The translations under genes and the position numbers were made by a program. A DNA stretch of 32,000 nucleotides. Source: Mycobacterium tuberculosis H37Rv. Its GTDB lineage: Bacteria; Actinomycetota; Actinomycetes; Mycobacteriales; Mycobacteriaceae. The notes under the pieces are model-generated. The model was not told the origin of the DNA. It searched no databases and saw only the letters and a list, made by a program, of their open reading frames with translations. Each line of letters begins with the position of its first letter. Positions within the stretch are counted from its first letter, which is position 1. The DNA lies in the NCBI RefSeq assembly GCF_000195955.2, contig NC_000962.3, positions 2,160,001 to 2,192,000 of the forward strand, written 5' to 3'. This document shows, in pieces, positions 7,649-17,086 of the stretch.

Positions 7649-10612
7649 TTATGGCGTGGTGCTCTGGAAGAACAGGCCCGACAGGTTGTTGCCGATGTTG
7701 GCCAAACCGGAGACCAAGCTGGTCACGGCAAACGGCAGGGTGCCGGTGTTGGCGAAGCCCGATATGCCGCTGCCAAGGTTGGAGAAGCCGGAGATAAGAC
7801 CACCGTAGTTCTGGTAGCCCGAGCCGGCTAGCAGCCCAACAGGACTTGTGTTGAACCAACCCGACAGTCCCGAGCCGCTGTTGCCGAAGCCCGAGTTCCC
7901 ACCGATTCCGGCGTTGAAAAAGCCCAACGAGGGCGTTGCGCTCGAGTTGAAGTATCCCGGCCCCGCTGGGATTGCGAATCCGCCCATGGTGGTGCTCGGC
8001 AGGTGGATGCTGGCGATGGTGAGTGCGGGTGTGGTGAAGGCCGCCAAGCCCACCGGCTGGATGGTGAACTCTGGCGTGGTGATCTCCGGGATATTGACCT
8101 GGGGGAGGGTGAAACCGCTAAGTCCGATCGGGTCGATGGCGAACGGTGGAGTCGTTATCTCGGGCGTCATGATCTGAGGAAGCGTGAAACCACCCAGCGC
8201 TATCGGATCGATCGTGAACGCCGGGGTGGTAATCGCCGGGATGCTGAGCTGCGGCAGCGTAAACCCACCCAGCGTGATCGGGTCGATGGTCAACTCCGGG
8301 GTCGTGAACTGTTGAGTAGTGATATCCGGCAGGCTCAATGCACCGACACCAATCGGACTGATCGTCAACGCCGGAGTGGTGAATTCTTGGGTGCTGATCT
8401 CTGGCAGGGTGAACCCGTCGACCGAGATCCCCCCGAGGGACCACGGTTGGATGACGACGTTGGGGAGGGTGAAGGGGGTGACGTTGATTGCGCCGATCGA
8501 GAAGCCGACGCCGTTGATTTGACCTCCACCCACGGTAATGGTCCCAGTATTAATAAAGGCAGGAGGTGTATTAGCGAAGCCGCCAATCTGCGGGAATACC
8601 CCGGGCATATTGGTTTGCAAGGCAGTGATGTTGTTCGGAATGAACACCACCAAATTAGTTATCGTAATGCCGTTAAGGCTAAAGGTGGGAAGATTGATGA
8701 CACCAGAATTTGCTTGCGTGGCTATGCCGGGAGTGCTAAAGCCGCCTATACTTATTTGGGGTGTACTTATTAACGGGGTGTGTATCGTGGGTAGCGTAAA
8801 TCCGCCGACAGTGGTGCCAGCCGGAATCGTGATCGGCGGAACCGTCACCGACGGAATACTCAGCGTCGGCAGATTGAACGCACCTAGCGCTGTGCCAGCC
8901 GGAATCGTGATCGGCGGAACCGTCACCGACGGAATACTCAACTGAGGCAAGTTAAACGCACCTACCGTGATGTTGGCTGGTGTCGTTGTAGCTGGAATCG
9001 TCAACGACGGCACCGTCAACCCCGGCAAATCAAACGCACCCACCGTGATGTTAGCTGGCGTCATCGCCGCTGGAATCGTCAACGACGGCACCGTCAACCC
9101 CGGCAAATCAAACGCACCCACGGTAACGTTGGCCGGCGTCGTCACCGCCGGAATCGTCAACGACGGCAAGGTTATCGCGGGCAGGCTGAACGCGGGAACC
9201 GAGATTCCGGGTATTTCCAGAGACGGAAGCGTCAAATCAGGGCTGGTGATGGCGAACTGCAGGCTGCCTTGGCCCACACCACGGTAAAAGACACCATTGT
9301 TCATGTCGCCCGTGTTGAACAAGCCGTTATTCATGTCGCCTATGTTGAAGGCGCCGGTGTTGATGCTTCCTGTGTTGAACCAGCCGGTGTTGGCGCCGCC
9401 CGTGTTGAAGGTACCCGTGTTCGACGGGCCCGGGTTGAAGGCACCGAAGTTGTAGTGGCCGACGTTGAAGCTGCCGGTGTTCGCGTTCCCAACGTCGAAC
9501 ATGCCCGTATTGAAAGAGCCCGCATTCAGGAATCCGGTGTTGCCGTGTCCGGGGTTGAACAGGCCAGTGCTGAAGTTACCGGAGTTCCCGATGCCAAAGT
9601 TGCCATTGCCGGAGTTGAAGAAACCGATATTGGCGCTACCCGCGTTGAATAATCCGACGTTACCGTTGCCGGAATTGAGTCCGCCAATGCCGATTTGGTT
9701 GTTTCCAGTCAGGCCGTTGCCGATATTGTTGTTGCCGGTGTTCGCAATTCCGAAGTTGCCGATGCCTGCATTGGCGAATCCCGTGTTCAAATTGCCCAGG
9801 TTTGCAAGTCCGAAGTTGTTGGCGCCCGCGTTTCCTATGCCGATGTTGTTGCCACCTAGGTTGGCCGAGCCGATATTGAAGCTACCGAAGTTGCCGGACC
9901 CCAGATTGTTGTTGCCAAGGTTGGCGTTGCCGATGTTGCCGAGCCCATTGTTGGCATTGCCGAGGTTGCCACCACCGACGTTGGCCAAGCCGAGGCTAGC
10001 GGCGATCGCCCGGCCGGCAAAAGTCGGCATGCCCACGGCCGTGGTGAGCGCGGTCACCACGGCCGCGGGCCCGGCCGCCAGACCCGCCGGAAGCCGCAGC
10101 GGGAGGGCGAATGCCGGTAGCGCCACAGCGACCGCCGACGCCCCGGAATGGTAGGCCGCCATCGCCGATACATCCAGAGCCCACATCTCCTCGTATGCGG
10201 CTTCGGCGGCCGCGATCGCGGGAGCGTTTTGACCAAAAAGGTTCGATATCACCAGCGATATGAGGCCGGAACGGTTGGCGGCCACCAGCGCCGGTTGTAC
10301 CATCGCCAGCCGCACAGCCTCGAACTCGGCCACCATCACCTGGGCCTGGGTGGCCGCCTGCTCGGCCTGGGTCGCCGCCGCGGCCAGCCACCCCGCATAC
10401 GGGGCTGCCGCCGCTGCCATCGCCACCGATGACCGACCCTGCCACGACCCGCCGACCAGCCCGGCTGTCACCGAGCCGAAAGAGACAGCAGCCGAGGCTA
10501 ATTCGGTTGCCAGCCCGTCCCAGGCCGACGCCGCCGCCAGCATCGGTCCGGAGCCCGCCCCGGCGAAGATCAAGGCCGAGTTGATCTCCGGCGGCAACAC
10601 TGAGTAATGCAT
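7649..10612 (-). CDS. PPE35: PPE family protein, MPTR subfamily, 987 aa (PPE35)
   Basis: N-terminus [24 protein letters not shown] is a PPE domain similar to PPE34, followed by NxGxGNxG and TxPxxTxP-type repeats. ORF is open to 10690, but the PPE-type start is at 10612. Confidence 0.95.
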   Translation of the reverse strand: MHYSVLPPEINSALIFAGAGSGPMLAAASAWDGLATELASAAVSFGSVTAGLVGGSWQGRSSVAMAAAAAPYAGWLAAAATQAEQAATQAQVMVAEFEAVRLAMVQPALVAANRSGLISLVISNLFGQNAPAIAAAEAAYEEMWALDVSAMAAYHSGASAVAVALPAFALPLRLPAGLAAGPAAVVTALTTAVGMPTFAGRAIAASLGLANVGGGNLGNANNGLGNIGNANLGNNNLGSGNFGSFNIGSANLGGNNIGIGNAGANNFGLANLGNLNTGFANAGIGNFGIANTGNNNIGNGLTGNNQIGIGGLNSGNGNVGLFNAGSANIGFFNSGNGNFGIGNSGNFSTGLFNPGHGNTGFLNAGSFNTGMFDVGNANTGSFNVGHYNFGAFNPGPSNTGTFNTGGANTGWFNTGSINTGAFNIGDMNNGLFNTGDMNNGVFYRGVGQGSLQFAITSPDLTLPSLEIPGISVPAFSLPAITLPSLTIPAVTTPANVTVGAFDLPGLTVPSLTIPAAMTPANITVGAFDLPGLTVPSLTIPATTTPANITVGAFNLPQLSIPSVTVPPITIPAGTALGAFNLPTLSIPSVTVPPITIPAGTTVGGFTLPTIHTPLISTPQISIGGFSTPGIATQANSGVINLPTFSLNGITITNLVVFIPNNITALQTNMPGVFPQIGGFANTPPAFINTGTITVGGGQINGVGFSIGAINVTPFTLPNVVIQPWSLGGISVDGFTLPEISTQEFTTPALTISPIGVGALSLPDITTQQFTTPELTIDPITLGGFTLPQLSIPAITTPAFTIDPIALGGFTLPQIMTPEITTPPFAIDPIGLSGFTLPQVNIPEITTPEFTIQPVGLAAFTTPALTIASIHLPSTTMGGFAIPAGPGYFNSSATPSLGFFNAGIGGNSGFGNSGSGLSGWFNTSPVGLLAGSGYQNYGGLISGFSNLGSGISGFANTGTLPFAVTSLVSGLANIGNNLSGLFFQSTTP
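8814..8969. repeat. 78-bp imperfect tandem repeat in PPE35, about 2 copies
   Basis: gtgccagccggaatcgtgatcggcggaaccgtcaccgacggaatactca recurs at 8814 and 8892 (spacing 78). Confidence 0.75.
8958..9191. repeat. 78-bp (26 aa) tandem repeat in PPE35, about 3 copies
   Basis: Unit gcacc(t/c)accgtgatgtt(g/a)gctgg... recurs at 8958, 9036 and 9114; peptide approx. [26 protein letters not shown]. Confidence 0.8.
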
Positions 10613-10760
10613 CGCTCCCCACCTTCCGGGGTGAGCCTGGTGCTGATGAAAGGTCACACGCCCGTCGTCGCTGACTCGTTCGTAGCGCATGAGAGTACGC
10701 GGAGATCTTGAATTGTGTATCCGAGCAAATGAAACCGTTATCTATTTGTTATAGACATAT

Positions 10761-10815
10761 CGGGCACGGATGCAAAGTTCTTTTACACGCTATGCGTAAT
10801 CACGATCCGTGCCCG
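10761..10815. promoter_or_regulatory. Perfect 11-bp inverted repeat (33-nt spacer) in an AT-rich intergenic region upstream of PPE35
   Basis: CGGGCACGGAT (10761-10771) and ATCCGTGCCCG (10805-10815) are exact reverse complements. Confidence 0.4.
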
Positions 10816-11060
10816 TCTGATGTAAACCACCGACGTAGGCGCACTGATATAAATGCATTTATTACCAAGGTGATTGGGTGAAATAATTACCCCGGAAAAC
10901 TGTGCTCAATAGGAACGATTATTAGTTTGAATCACTGCCATAATCCACCCTATGTGCAACCCGGATGAATTCCGATCGCGTGCTTATTCCTGCCAAACAT
11001 TCGGGCTTTAGCCCTGGCCCACCACGCGGGCACCAATCCGACGCTGCCCCTACAGCGAAA

Positions 11061-11525
11061 TCACCGGCGCACCGCCTCCCGCTCGGCCGCCTTCACCAGT
11101 TGACCCGCGAAGAACCTGACCGCGCCACCCAGCGCCGCCCGCATCACCGGCCCCGTCCCACGAACCTTTTCGGTAAACGAGCCACTCCAGCGGAGATCGG
11201 TACCGCCCGACGCATTTGGTGTAAGGACCACCTCGCCGAAGTAGTCCTGGACGGGTGTCCTCGCGCCAACCAGCTTGTAGACGTGGCGACGGTCCTGCTC
11301 ATACTCGACGGTCTCTTCCTGCACGAACACCGGCCACATGCCTAGTTTGCGGATGGCCCCGATGCCGCCGGGCGCGGGATCACCGCGTCGCGCCCAACTC
11401 GATTGAGCAACGATGGGCTTGGCCCAGGTCGCCCAGTTGCCACCGTCTGTCACGAGCCGAAACAAGGTTGCAGCCGGCGCGCTGCTGGTCTTGGTGACCT
11501 CGAACGAAAATTTCCGACCCGACAT
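11061..11525 (-). CDS. Polyketide cyclase/START-like (SRPBCC) protein, 154 aa (Rv1919c-like)
   Basis: MSGRKFSFEVTKTSSAPAATLFRLVTDGGNWATWAKPIV... and GTGPVMRAALGGAVRFFAGQLVKAAE are typical of SRPBCC-fold cyclase-like proteins. Start chosen at the internal ATG. Confidence 0.8.
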   Translation of the reverse strand: MSGRKFSFEVTKTSSAPAATLFRLVTDGGNWATWAKPIVAQSSWARRGDPAPGGIGAIRKLGMWPVFVQEETVEYEQDRRHVYKLVGARTPVQDYFGEVVLTPNASGGTDLRWSGSFTEKVRGTGPVMRAALGGAVRFFAGQLVKAAEREAVRR

Positions 11526-11622
11526 GCGCGACTCCCGAAACGACAACTGAAGCGGCCCGATATGGTGCTGCCGCGTACCCTACCGCGCAGCCGTCCGTGC
11601 CGGCCGTAGTGGACCAGCCAAG

Positions 11623-12486
11623 GTGTTCCCGCGCTGGCCGCAGCAGGCGCATAATCACGAGGTGTCCCGCGCAGATACCGTCTCAGTGCCCCGTGCGCCC
11701 ACCCAGGCTGAGGTCGCCGCAGTGCTGCGCATCATGACGCCGCTGCGCAAGGTGATTAAACCAAAGGTCTATGGGATCGAAAATGTGCCGACCGAACGCG
11801 CATTGCTGGTTGGCAACCACAACACGCTTGGCTTGGTCGACGCGCCATTGCTGGCCGCCGAGCTCTGGGAGCGGGGGAGAATCGTCCGGTCCCTTGGCGA
11901 CCACGCCCATTTCAAGATTCCGGGGTGGCGCGACGCGCTGACACGAACAGGGGTCGTCGAAGGCACCAGAGAGATCACCTCGGAGTTGATGCGACGCGGC
12001 GAGCTCGTCATGGTCTTTCCCGGCGGCGCCCGTGAGGTCAACAAGCGCAAGAACGAGCGCTACAAGCTGGTGTGGAAAAATCGGCTGGGGTTCGCGCGCT
12101 TGGCAATTCAGCACGGCTATCCGATTGTGCCGTTCGCTTCGGTGGGTGCTGAACACGGCATCGACATCGTGCTCGACAACGAATCCCCACTGCTGGCACC
12201 GGTCCAGTTCCTCGCCGAGAAGCTGCTCGGCACCAAAGACGGTCCGGCGCTGGTCCGTGGTGTCGGACTGACACCGGTACCGCGCCCCGAACGGCAGTAT
12301 TACTGGTTCGGCGAGCCAATCGACACCACAGAGTTTATGGGGCAGCAAGCCGACGATAACGCCGCACGCAGGGTGCGCGAGCGTGCCGCCGCCGCTATCG
12401 AACACGGCATCGAGCTGATGCTGGCCGAGCGCGCAGCCGATCCAAATCGATCCCTGGTCGGACGGCTCTTGCGCTCGGACGCCTAA
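11623..12486 (+). CDS. Membrane-associated lysophospholipid/glycerol acyltransferase-like protein, 287 aa (Rv1920-like)
   Basis: GNHNTLGLVDAPLLAAEL and LVMVFPGGAREVNK resemble PlsC/DGAT-like motifs. GTG start at 11623. Confidence 0.85.
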   Translation: MFPRWPQQAHNHEVSRADTVSVPRAPTQAEVAAVLRIMTPLRKVIKPKVYGIENVPTERALLVGNHNTLGLVDAPLLAAELWERGRIVRSLGDHAHFKIPGWRDALTRTGVVEGTREITSELMRRGELVMVFPGGAREVNKRKNERYKLVWKNRLGFARLAIQHGYPIVPFASVGAEHGIDIVLDNESPLLAPVQFLAEKLLGTKDGPALVRGVGLTPVPRPERQYYWFGEPIDTTEFMGQQADDNAARRVRERAAAAIEHGIELMLAERAADPNRSLVGRLLRSDA

Positions 12487-12502
12487 GGCGCCCCTGAGGC
12501 GT
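12479..12502. terminator. Candidate stem-loop terminator between the convergent genes Rv1920 and lppF
   Basis: ACGCCTAAG-GCGCCC-CTGAGGCGT: 9-bp stem with one mismatch, spanning the Rv1920 stop codon and lying just beyond the lppF 3' end. There is no U-tract. Confidence 0.4.
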
Positions 12503-12523
12503 TCCCGGGGCCTGATTCAGAAG

Positions 12524-13795
12524 TCAGAAGACCGAGTCGACTTGATCGGGGATTGGGGTGCCGTCGTTGCGCAATACCGGTTGTTTCGATCCGTCGGGGT
12601 TGATGAATGCCTCCCCGCATACGTAAGGAGCGTGCTGGGGCAGCGGGTCGATAAACATCGGGTTGATCGCCCACTTACCGCCCCTGGTGAACAGGCCGTC
12701 GTAGGCCCGGCACATGAGGTCGTCCTGGTTGCGGTTGATCACGAGTGACACCACGGTGGCGTCGCCGACGAAGGTGGCGTCGCTGTTCGAGTCGCCGGCG
12801 GCGAGGACTTGACGACGATCCGCCGCGAGCTGATTGAAGGCTTGCGGGCCAGTCACCCCGAAGATGACCTGATTGGCCCAACACCGTTTGCCATCAAGGT
12901 AGGTCATGACTGAATCGTCGCCGTCGCGGACGCCTCCGCAACCGACGAGGTGAGCGGTGAGTTTCCCGGACTGGTCGGCGACGCTGCGGACTCCGACGAC
13001 ATGCTGATCGTCTAGACCTACCTCGCCCGCCCACACCTTGACGATCGGTTCGGGTGACGCTGACACCACCCAGGTGTCGATACCGTGTGCCTGCAGAGTA
13101 CCGATGAGGTCTTTCATTTGTGGATAGACGCGGATGTAACCATCGACCTGCTGTGTTCCGACCTGCTGGGTGGCGCCGACATCGGCGGCAAGGTTCTGTT
13201 TCTTGGCCTGGTCTGCGAATCCGGCGAGCTCCTCAGCGGTGTAGCCCGCCGACAGTGCGTTGCTCCACGCGTACGGACCCGCCAACCGGCGCACGTTGTT
13301 ACCCACGAAAGCCGGCTGTCCCGTGGTGGTTTCGCCGTCGAGAAGGGAAAGGATCTCGTTCGCGCACAACGCATTGCTGCCGGTCGGCAGCGGCTTGCCG
13401 GCAGGTACAACCTTGCCGCATGCCACGCTCAGCGCGTTCGCCGCCGCGTCGGTCAGGTATCGGCTGGCGGCATGCCAATCCTGGTTGGCTGGCTGCAGCA
13501 CCAGGCTGTGCTGCAGCATGTAGTAGTTCGTGGCGTAGCCGATGTCGTTCTTGACGACGGTGTTGTCCCAGTCAAAGATGGCGACCTTGCGCGCAGAACC
13601 GTCCGCGGTGCCGGTGCACCTGCTGTTGGCATCGATCGCCGACTGCAGGAATTCACGAACTCCGTGGTGCCACTTCAGAAACGCGTCGAGCTGACGACAG
13701 CCGGACGCTGGGGTCGGGGGTTGGTGGGCCGAGCAGCCGATGACGCCACCGAGCACGGTTGCCATTGCCAACAGCGACGGTATGAGTCGCACCAT
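12524..13795 (-). CDS. lppF: Lipoprotein with HAD-like phosphatase domain, 423 aa (LppF)
   Basis: Signal peptide and lipobox (LGGVIGC-SAHQ); HAD motif I (KVAIFDWDNTVVKND) and motif III/IV region (VLAAGDSNSDATFVGDA). Confidence 0.9.
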   Translation of the reverse strand: MVRLIPSLLAMATVLGGVIGCSAHQPPTPASGCRQLDAFLKWHHGVREFLQSAIDANSRCTGTADGSARKVAIFDWDNTVVKNDIGYATNYYMLQHSLVLQPANQDWHAASRYLTDAAANALSVACGKVVPAGKPLPTGSNALCANEILSLLDGETTTGQPAFVGNNVRRLAGPYAWSNALSAGYTAEELAGFADQAKKQNLAADVGATQQVGTQQVDGYIRVYPQMKDLIGTLQAHGIDTWVVSASPEPIVKVWAGEVGLDDQHVVGVRSVADQSGKLTAHLVGCGGVRDGDDSVMTYLDGKRCWANQVIFGVTGPQAFNQLAADRRQVLAAGDSNSDATFVGDATVVSLVINRNQDDLMCRAYDGLFTRGGKWAINPMFIDPLPQHAPYVCGEAFINPDGSKQPVLRNDGTPIPDQVDSVF

Positions 13796-14066
13796 GTAAG
13801 CCCTTCGTCAGCCCTTGGTCGTGCCAGCATGCGCCGGATGGAAGGGGGATGGGAACTGAATGGTTGCCTGCTGAACTGAACGCTGAGCAAATTCGATGCC
13901 GACGAAACATTATGGGTTTGTTTCTCGACGGCAACCCGTGCGCGATTCGACAGTCACCGCGATGCTGCCGACGCCGGCCCGCGCTCCCGGGCGATCCGCG
14001 TGAGCAGCGTAATCTCGTGCGCACGGATTTGCGGCCCGGACTAGCGCGAAAGATACTGTTGAACAG

Positions 14067-15182
14067 ATGGATTCGACTGTAACGGCCTCGATCCGACGCA
14101 TGCTGGGACTGCTCGCCGCCACATTGCTGCTCGGCGGCTGCACCGGCCAGCACACGACACGCACAGCGGCGAGCACCACATACACGCCCCACATCAAGGC
14201 CAGCAGTCAGGACGTACTGGACGGCGCCATCAATGCCGACGAGCCAGGTTGTTCGGCCGCGGTAGGAGTCGAGGGGAAAGTTATCTGGTCAGGCGTTCGC
14301 GGCATTGCGGATCTGGCATCCGGCGCCAAGATCACCACGGACACCGTGTTCGACATCGCGTCGGTGTCCAAGCAGTTCACCGCCACCGCGATCCTGCTGC
14401 TCGTCGAAGCCGGAAAGCTAACACTCGACGACCCGATATCCCAATACGTACCCGAGCTACCCGACTGGGCCCAAACCGTCACCGTCGAGCAGCTCATGCA
14501 TCAAACCAGCGGCATCCCTGATTACGTCGCATTGCTGGCAGCCAGGGGGTATCAGGTCAGCGACCGCACCATCGAGGCCGAAGCCCGGCAGGCGTTAGCG
14601 GCCGCCCCCGAGCTGCAATTCAAGCCTGGCACCAGGTTCGATTACTCCAACTCCAACTACTTGCTGCTCGGCGAGATTGTCCACCGCGCATCGGGACAAC
14701 CGCTGCCTGAGTTCCTCAGCGCCGAGATCTTTCAACCGCTTGGTCTGGCCATGGTGGTGGATCCGGTCGGGAAGGTTCCCAACAAAGCCGTGTCATATGA
14801 GAAGGGCACTGGTGGAAACCGGTCCGAGTACCGGGTGGGCAATCCGGCCTGGGAGCAGATCGGCGACGGTGGCATCCAGACCACGCCTAGCCAACTGGCC
14901 CGGTGGGCGGACAACTACCGGACAGGAAGCGTCGGCGGCCTGAAACTGCTCGAAGCACAACTTGCCGGTGCGGTGGAAACCGAACCCGGTGGCGGCGACC
15001 GCTACGGCGCCGGAATCGTGTCGCGCGCCGACGGAACACTCGACCACGCGGGCGCCTGGGCCGGATTCGTCACGGCATTCCACATCAGCAGTGACCGACG
15101 GACTTCGGTGGCCATCAGCTGCAACACCGACAAGCCGGACCCGGTGGCCATGGCCGATGCGCTGGGGCGCCTTTGGATGTAG
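14067..15182 (+). CDS. Lipoprotein, serine beta-lactamase/esterase-like family, 371 aa (Rv1922-like)
   Basis: Lipobox LLLGGCTGQH; catalytic SxxK (DIASVSKQFTATAILL) and YxN (FDYSNSNYLLLGEI). Confidence 0.9.
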   Translation: MDSTVTASIRRMLGLLAATLLLGGCTGQHTTRTAASTTYTPHIKASSQDVLDGAINADEPGCSAAVGVEGKVIWSGVRGIADLASGAKITTDTVFDIASVSKQFTATAILLLVEAGKLTLDDPISQYVPELPDWAQTVTVEQLMHQTSGIPDYVALLAARGYQVSDRTIEAEARQALAAAPELQFKPGTRFDYSNSNYLLLGEIVHRASGQPLPEFLSAEIFQPLGLAMVVDPVGKVPNKAVSYEKGTGGNRSEYRVGNPAWEQIGDGGIQTTPSQLARWADNYRTGSVGGLKLLEAQLAGAVETEPGGGDRYGAGIVSRADGTLDHAGAWAGFVTAFHISSDRRTSVAISCNTDKPDPVAMADALGRLWM

Positions 15183-16513
15183 CGGGGCTACCGCGGTTGG
15201 CCGCCGGTACCCAGGCTGCAATCATTCACGGTATGGCGCAACCACCGTCACTCCTCACAACTGACAATGGCCTACCCTTCGGCGTGCAAGGTGCCTGCGA
15301 CTCCCGTTTCACCGGAGTCATCCGTGCCTTTGCTGGGCTGTACCCCGGCCGCAAGTTCGGGGGTGGGGCACTGTCGGTTTATATCGACGGTCGCCAGGTC
15401 GTCGATGTCTGGACGGGGTGGTCCGATCGGCAGGGCAAAGTACCCTGGACGGCCGATACCGGGGCAATGGTGTTCTCCGCGACCAAAGGGTTGGCCGCAA
15501 CGGTGATTCACCGTTTGGTCGATCGCGGCCTTTTGTCCTACGACGCGCCGGTCGCGGAGTACTGGCCCGAGTTCGGAGCTAACGGCAAGTCTGAGGTCAC
15601 CGTCAGCGATGTGTTGCGACATCGGTCCGGACTGGCGCACCTCAAGGGGGTGGACAAGGACGAGGTCATGGACCACCTCCTGATGGAGCAGAAGTTGGCG
15701 GCTGCGCCGCTAGACCGCCAGCACGGGAAGTTGGCTTACCATGCGGTGACTTACGGATGGCTGCTGTCCGGCTTGGCTCGTGCAGTGACCGGCAAAGGCA
15801 TGCGTGAACTGTTCCGCGAAGAACTCGCTCGCCCGCTGAACACCGATGGTATTCATCTCGGCCGGCCACCGGCCGACTCGCCTACCAAGGCGGCACAGAC
15901 ACTTCTGCCCCAAGCCAAGGTCCCCACCCCACTGCTCGATTTCATCGCACCAAAGGTTGCGGGGCTGTCGTTCTCCGGGCTGCTCGGCGCCGTCTACTTC
16001 CCGGGCATCCTGTCGTTGCTGCAAGACGATATGCCGTTCCTCGACGGTGAGGTTCCGGCGGTCAACGGCGTTGTGACCGCGCGCGCCCTGGCCAAGACGT
16101 ATGGGGCGTTGGCCAATGACGGTGTGATCGACGGCACCCGACTGCTGTCGTCGCAGGCGGTACGTGGATTGACGGGGAAGTCCGAGCTATGGCCGGACCT
16201 TAATCTCGGTCTTCCTTTTACCTACCACCAGGGTTACCAATCGTCTCCGGTGCCTGGGCTGCTGGAGGGGTACGGCCACATCGGGCTCGGTGGCACGATC
16301 GGATGGGCCGACCCGGAGACCGGCAGCGCATTCGGATATGTGCATAACCGCTTGCTGACGCTACTGTTGTTCGATATTGGCTCGTTCGCAGGGCTGGCTG
16401 CGCTGCTGAACAGCGCCGTCGTGGCAGCACGTCGCGATGACCCCCTGGAAGTGCCGCATTTCGGTGCGCCCTATAGCGAACCGCGTCATGAGCAGGCGGC
16501 CTCGGGTGCATAA
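15173..16513 (+). CDS. lipD: Probable lipase/esterase of the beta-lactamase-like family, 446 aa
   Basis: SxxK motif (MVFSATKGLAATVIHRL), GLLSYDAPVAEYWPEFGANGKSEVTVSDVLRHRSGLAHL, GHIGLGGTIGWADPETGSAFGY. Begins within the last codons of the upstream gene. Confidence 0.9.
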   Translation: MDVAGLPRLAAGTQAAIIHGMAQPPSLLTTDNGLPFGVQGACDSRFTGVIRAFAGLYPGRKFGGGALSVYIDGRQVVDVWTGWSDRQGKVPWTADTGAMVFSATKGLAATVIHRLVDRGLLSYDAPVAEYWPEFGANGKSEVTVSDVLRHRSGLAHLKGVDKDEVMDHLLMEQKLAAAPLDRQHGKLAYHAVTYGWLLSGLARAVTGKGMRELFREELARPLNTDGIHLGRPPADSPTKAAQTLLPQAKVPTPLLDFIAPKVAGLSFSGLLGAVYFPGILSLLQDDMPFLDGEVPAVNGVVTARALAKTYGALANDGVIDGTRLLSSQAVRGLTGKSELWPDLNLGLPFTYHQGYQSSPVPGLLEGYGHIGLGGTIGWADPETGSAFGYVHNRLLTLLLFDIGSFAGLAALLNSAVVAARRDDPLEVPHFGAPYSEPRHEQAASGA

Positions 16514-16549
16514 CTGCTCCCGTTATGCCGCGAGCGCGAGCCCGACGGG

Positions 16550-16930
16550 CTAGAACTCGTAAACGAGTAGCCAGACGAGAGCGACGGCCGCCAAGAACAG
16601 ACCAACCAGGATAGCCGCGCGGGTAACCAGTACCTGGCGATGGAACCACTCTCGCAGCTGGGTGAATCGCCAGTCGGTCCAGGCGTAGGCGCGCACAGCC
16701 CACTGCGCCTCGACCGCGAGCAGTCGAAACGCGACCAGCAGGGCCGGGATGCCGAGTTCGGGGAGCAGCACGATCATCGGCAGGGATACGACGAATAGCC
16801 CGCCACCGACCACAGCGAGTGTCGCGCGAATCAGTAGCGGCCTGGCCCGTACCCGCTGTCGGTATGCGAGCACTCGGGCGAGCGCGGCGTCGCGGGTGGA
16901 AGTCGGGTTGATGACGTCGGCCGGGTCCAT
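16550..16930 (-). CDS. Small membrane protein, 126 aa (Rv1924c-like)
   Basis: Internal ATG start (MDPADVINPTSTRDAALARVLAYRQRVRARPLLIRATLAVVGGGLFVVSLPMIVLL...); two clear hydrophobic segments. Confidence 0.75.
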   Translation of the reverse strand: MDPADVINPTSTRDAALARVLAYRQRVRARPLLIRATLAVVGGGLFVVSLPMIVLLPELGIPALLVAFRLLAVEAQWAVRAYAWTDWRFTQLREWFHRQVLVTRAAILVGLFLAAVALVWLLVYEF

Positions 16931-17086
16931 GACTGCTCCTAGTGTGCCTGCCTCGACGCCTAGCGGACGGCTGTGTCGGGGGTGGTTTGGTTCGGACTCT
17001 AGTGGAGCCCGGTTGCGCACTCGGGTCCGACCAATGCGGGGCCGCGCCTCATACGCACGATAAGCGTGGGTGTATAGACTGCGGTT

